NCBI GenBank assembly: GCA_030390025.1
Contig: CM059426.1
Coordinates: 126,046,001-126,110,000, forward strand
Reading direction: 5' to 3'
DNA: 64,000 nt
DNA from: Squalus acanthias
Taxonomy: Eukaryota
The position numbers were made by a program, and so were the translations under genes. Each line of letters begins with the position of its first letter. Position 1 is the first letter of the stretch. This document shows, piece after piece, positions 62,426-64,000 of this stretch. Below the pieces are notes generated by a model. It saw nothing but the letters and a program-made list of their open reading frames with translations. It was not told the origin of the DNA and did not search any database.

Positions 62426-62999
62426 CTGTTTTTCTCTCTCCACAGATACTGCCTGACCGGCTGAGTATTTCCAGCATTTTCTGTTTTTATTTCAGATTTC
62501 CAGCGTCTGCAGTGATTTGCTTTTAGCTCAAAGGGTGAGTTGGTTATGTAATCTGGAGTTCACAAGGTTTGTACAGTATTCTAATAAATCAGCTTTTATA
62601 CATCAATTATGTGCCTACATCACTGCCTGCTGAGGAATAAACCACCCCACGTGAGCATTTGTTCAATCTCCATATCCAATTATAGTATTTCAAAACACTG
62701 ATTTAAAAAAAATCAGTATCTTACCGTACTTTAAAGAATAAAGCTGCACAAAAGGTTGATTGTGGCAGCATTGGCACACCGGCCAAAATTTATGAGACCC
62801 AACAATTTCTACATATTTTATTACAAAGGTTGCATTTGCCAGCATTAAAAAAAATACCGCTTGCCGCGGCTTAACCATGTATTCGAGATTTTTCTTTCTA
62901 ATTCTTGAGTGGTTGGTTATGCGGAAGTTCGTTTGTGAGGGAAATGCTGTTTCGCCCCCTCCCCCCATCTGCCTGGGCATTAATTTAAATCAGAATTTA

Positions 63000-63760
63000 A
63001 CCCAACCGCAACACCCGCCGCTGCTGACGGTCACTGCCCCGCTTACCATGACAGTGGCTATGATAGAGATCAGGGCATCGCTGTACGCCAGCAGCCTGTG
63101 CGATGACTGCTCGCTGCCGTGGCCGGGATGGCCCTCTGCAACGCCCCTGGCCGCACTCGGGCTGGCATTAAAGCACAGAGACTCGGCTCCTGCTGCAGAC
63201 GGGCCCAGGGGGCTGGCCTCTTCCTCAATGGCCTCCCCATCGCCCTGCTGCGACACCGACATCATGTCAGCGGCGAAAGGCGAACCGTCACCTGACAACC
63301 GCCAGCCTGGCCGCCGCCCCCGCGCTTCTTCCAAACTCCGGGCAACACCGCGCGCTCGTGCACGCCACGCCTCCTTCGCGGGCGCGAGCGGCTGTCCGGC
63401 GCGCGCTTGCGGGAGGGGTGGGCTCGGGGGGCGGGTCCGAGCCGCGCGTGTCCGCTGGCTCACCTGTCCGCCAGGAGACGCTCGCGACCTTCCCTCGGGC
63501 TTTGGGCGGAGGTTGGTGGGTGCATTAATTAAGGCTTTGGATAACTGAGGATTTATTTCCGATAAACCTTTCTTTTGCCTGTTTTCTGTTGACCCCTAAT
63601 AATTGGAGTAAAAATAAGTTTGTTAATTTTGTTTCAAGTTCCTCCAAACTAACCTCAAAGCTCTAGGGACTCGGGGTAAATCGTGGGTATGGATAAGAAA
63701 TTGGCCAAAGGGTCGAAAATAACTTGGTGGGGAGGCCAGGGCGGGGCAGGGCAGAGCAGA
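63000..63760 (-). promoter_or_regulatory. CpG-rich island / TMEM175 promoter and 5' region
   Basis: Abrupt CpG and GC enrichment over 63000-63520 around the start exon; GC-box GGGCGGGGC near 63739. Confidence 0.7.
63047..63265 (-). CDS. TMEM175: TMEM175 coding exon 1 (MMSVSQ...SHRLLAYSDALISIIATVM, 73 codons)
   Basis: Translation matches the TMEM175 TM1 signature (human RMLSFSDALLSIIATVM). Exon ends ATG|gtaagc, phase 0. Start could be the second ATG at 63262. Confidence 0.93.
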
Positions 63761-64000
63761 GAGGGGGTTTGGTTTGGGTGATTGGGTGCCCCTTGGATAT
63801 GTGTTGGGGCCACTAATGCTTCTAATTTACATCAATGACTTCGACTCAGAAACACAATGCAAATTGGTCAAGTCTGCAACTGATATCAAACTAGAAGGGT
63901 AATTGGAACTAAAGTGGCCGCTCAGAAAACTACAGAATTAGTTGGAGAAAATATGTAAGTAAACAGACTAGCAGATGAAATTTAATGCAGACGTGTATAA
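63640..64000 (+). mobile_element. Old CR1 RT remnant
   Basis: GVPLGYVLGPLMLLIYINDFD-like sequence and a cagatgaaatttaatgcag motif. Confidence 0.6.

Larger units (their letters stand above)
61461..62524 (+). mobile_element. Fold-back family-2 PLE pLTR, interrupted by a MITE
   Basis: Left arm 61461-61533 plus 62344-62375, right arm from 62390 with tail; degenerate TSD agcttgaagtgtga / agctcaaagggtga. Confidence 0.78.

Noticed and set aside
62990-63463. 157-aa ORF as an extended TMEM175 N-terminus
   Set aside because: It starts at a GTG that coincides with a splice donor and runs past the exon's gtaag donor; only 63047-63265 is supported.
63520-64000. First exon of a divergent neighbour gene (GAK in human)
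   Set aside because: No recognisable coding sequence; the stretch is a CR1 remnant.

Overview
This is vertebrate genomic DNA, most likely from a cartilaginous fish (shark), judging from the repeat families present. It holds one complete host gene: TMEM175, the lysosomal K+/H+ channel, on the minus strand. I traced 10 coding exons with GT-AG boundaries from 63265 down to 17446 (1569 nt, 522 aa), plus a CpG-rich promoter at about 63.0-63.8 kb. Most of the rest is transposable-element debris: many CR1 LINEs (one near full-length), L2 and other LINE fragments, tRNA-derived SINEs, three Myb-retaining PIF/Harbinger elements, Harbinger and pogo-type MITEs, and Penelope-like (PLE) fragments. The most notable hidden signal is two families of short fold-back PLE-type insertions with long target-site duplications (TSDs). 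They carry minimal hammerhead-ribozyme motifs (CUGANGA-A-stem II-GAAA) that show compensatory base changes between copies, and several lie sense to the TMEM175 pre-mRNA. All coordinates were read by eye; no database searches were run.
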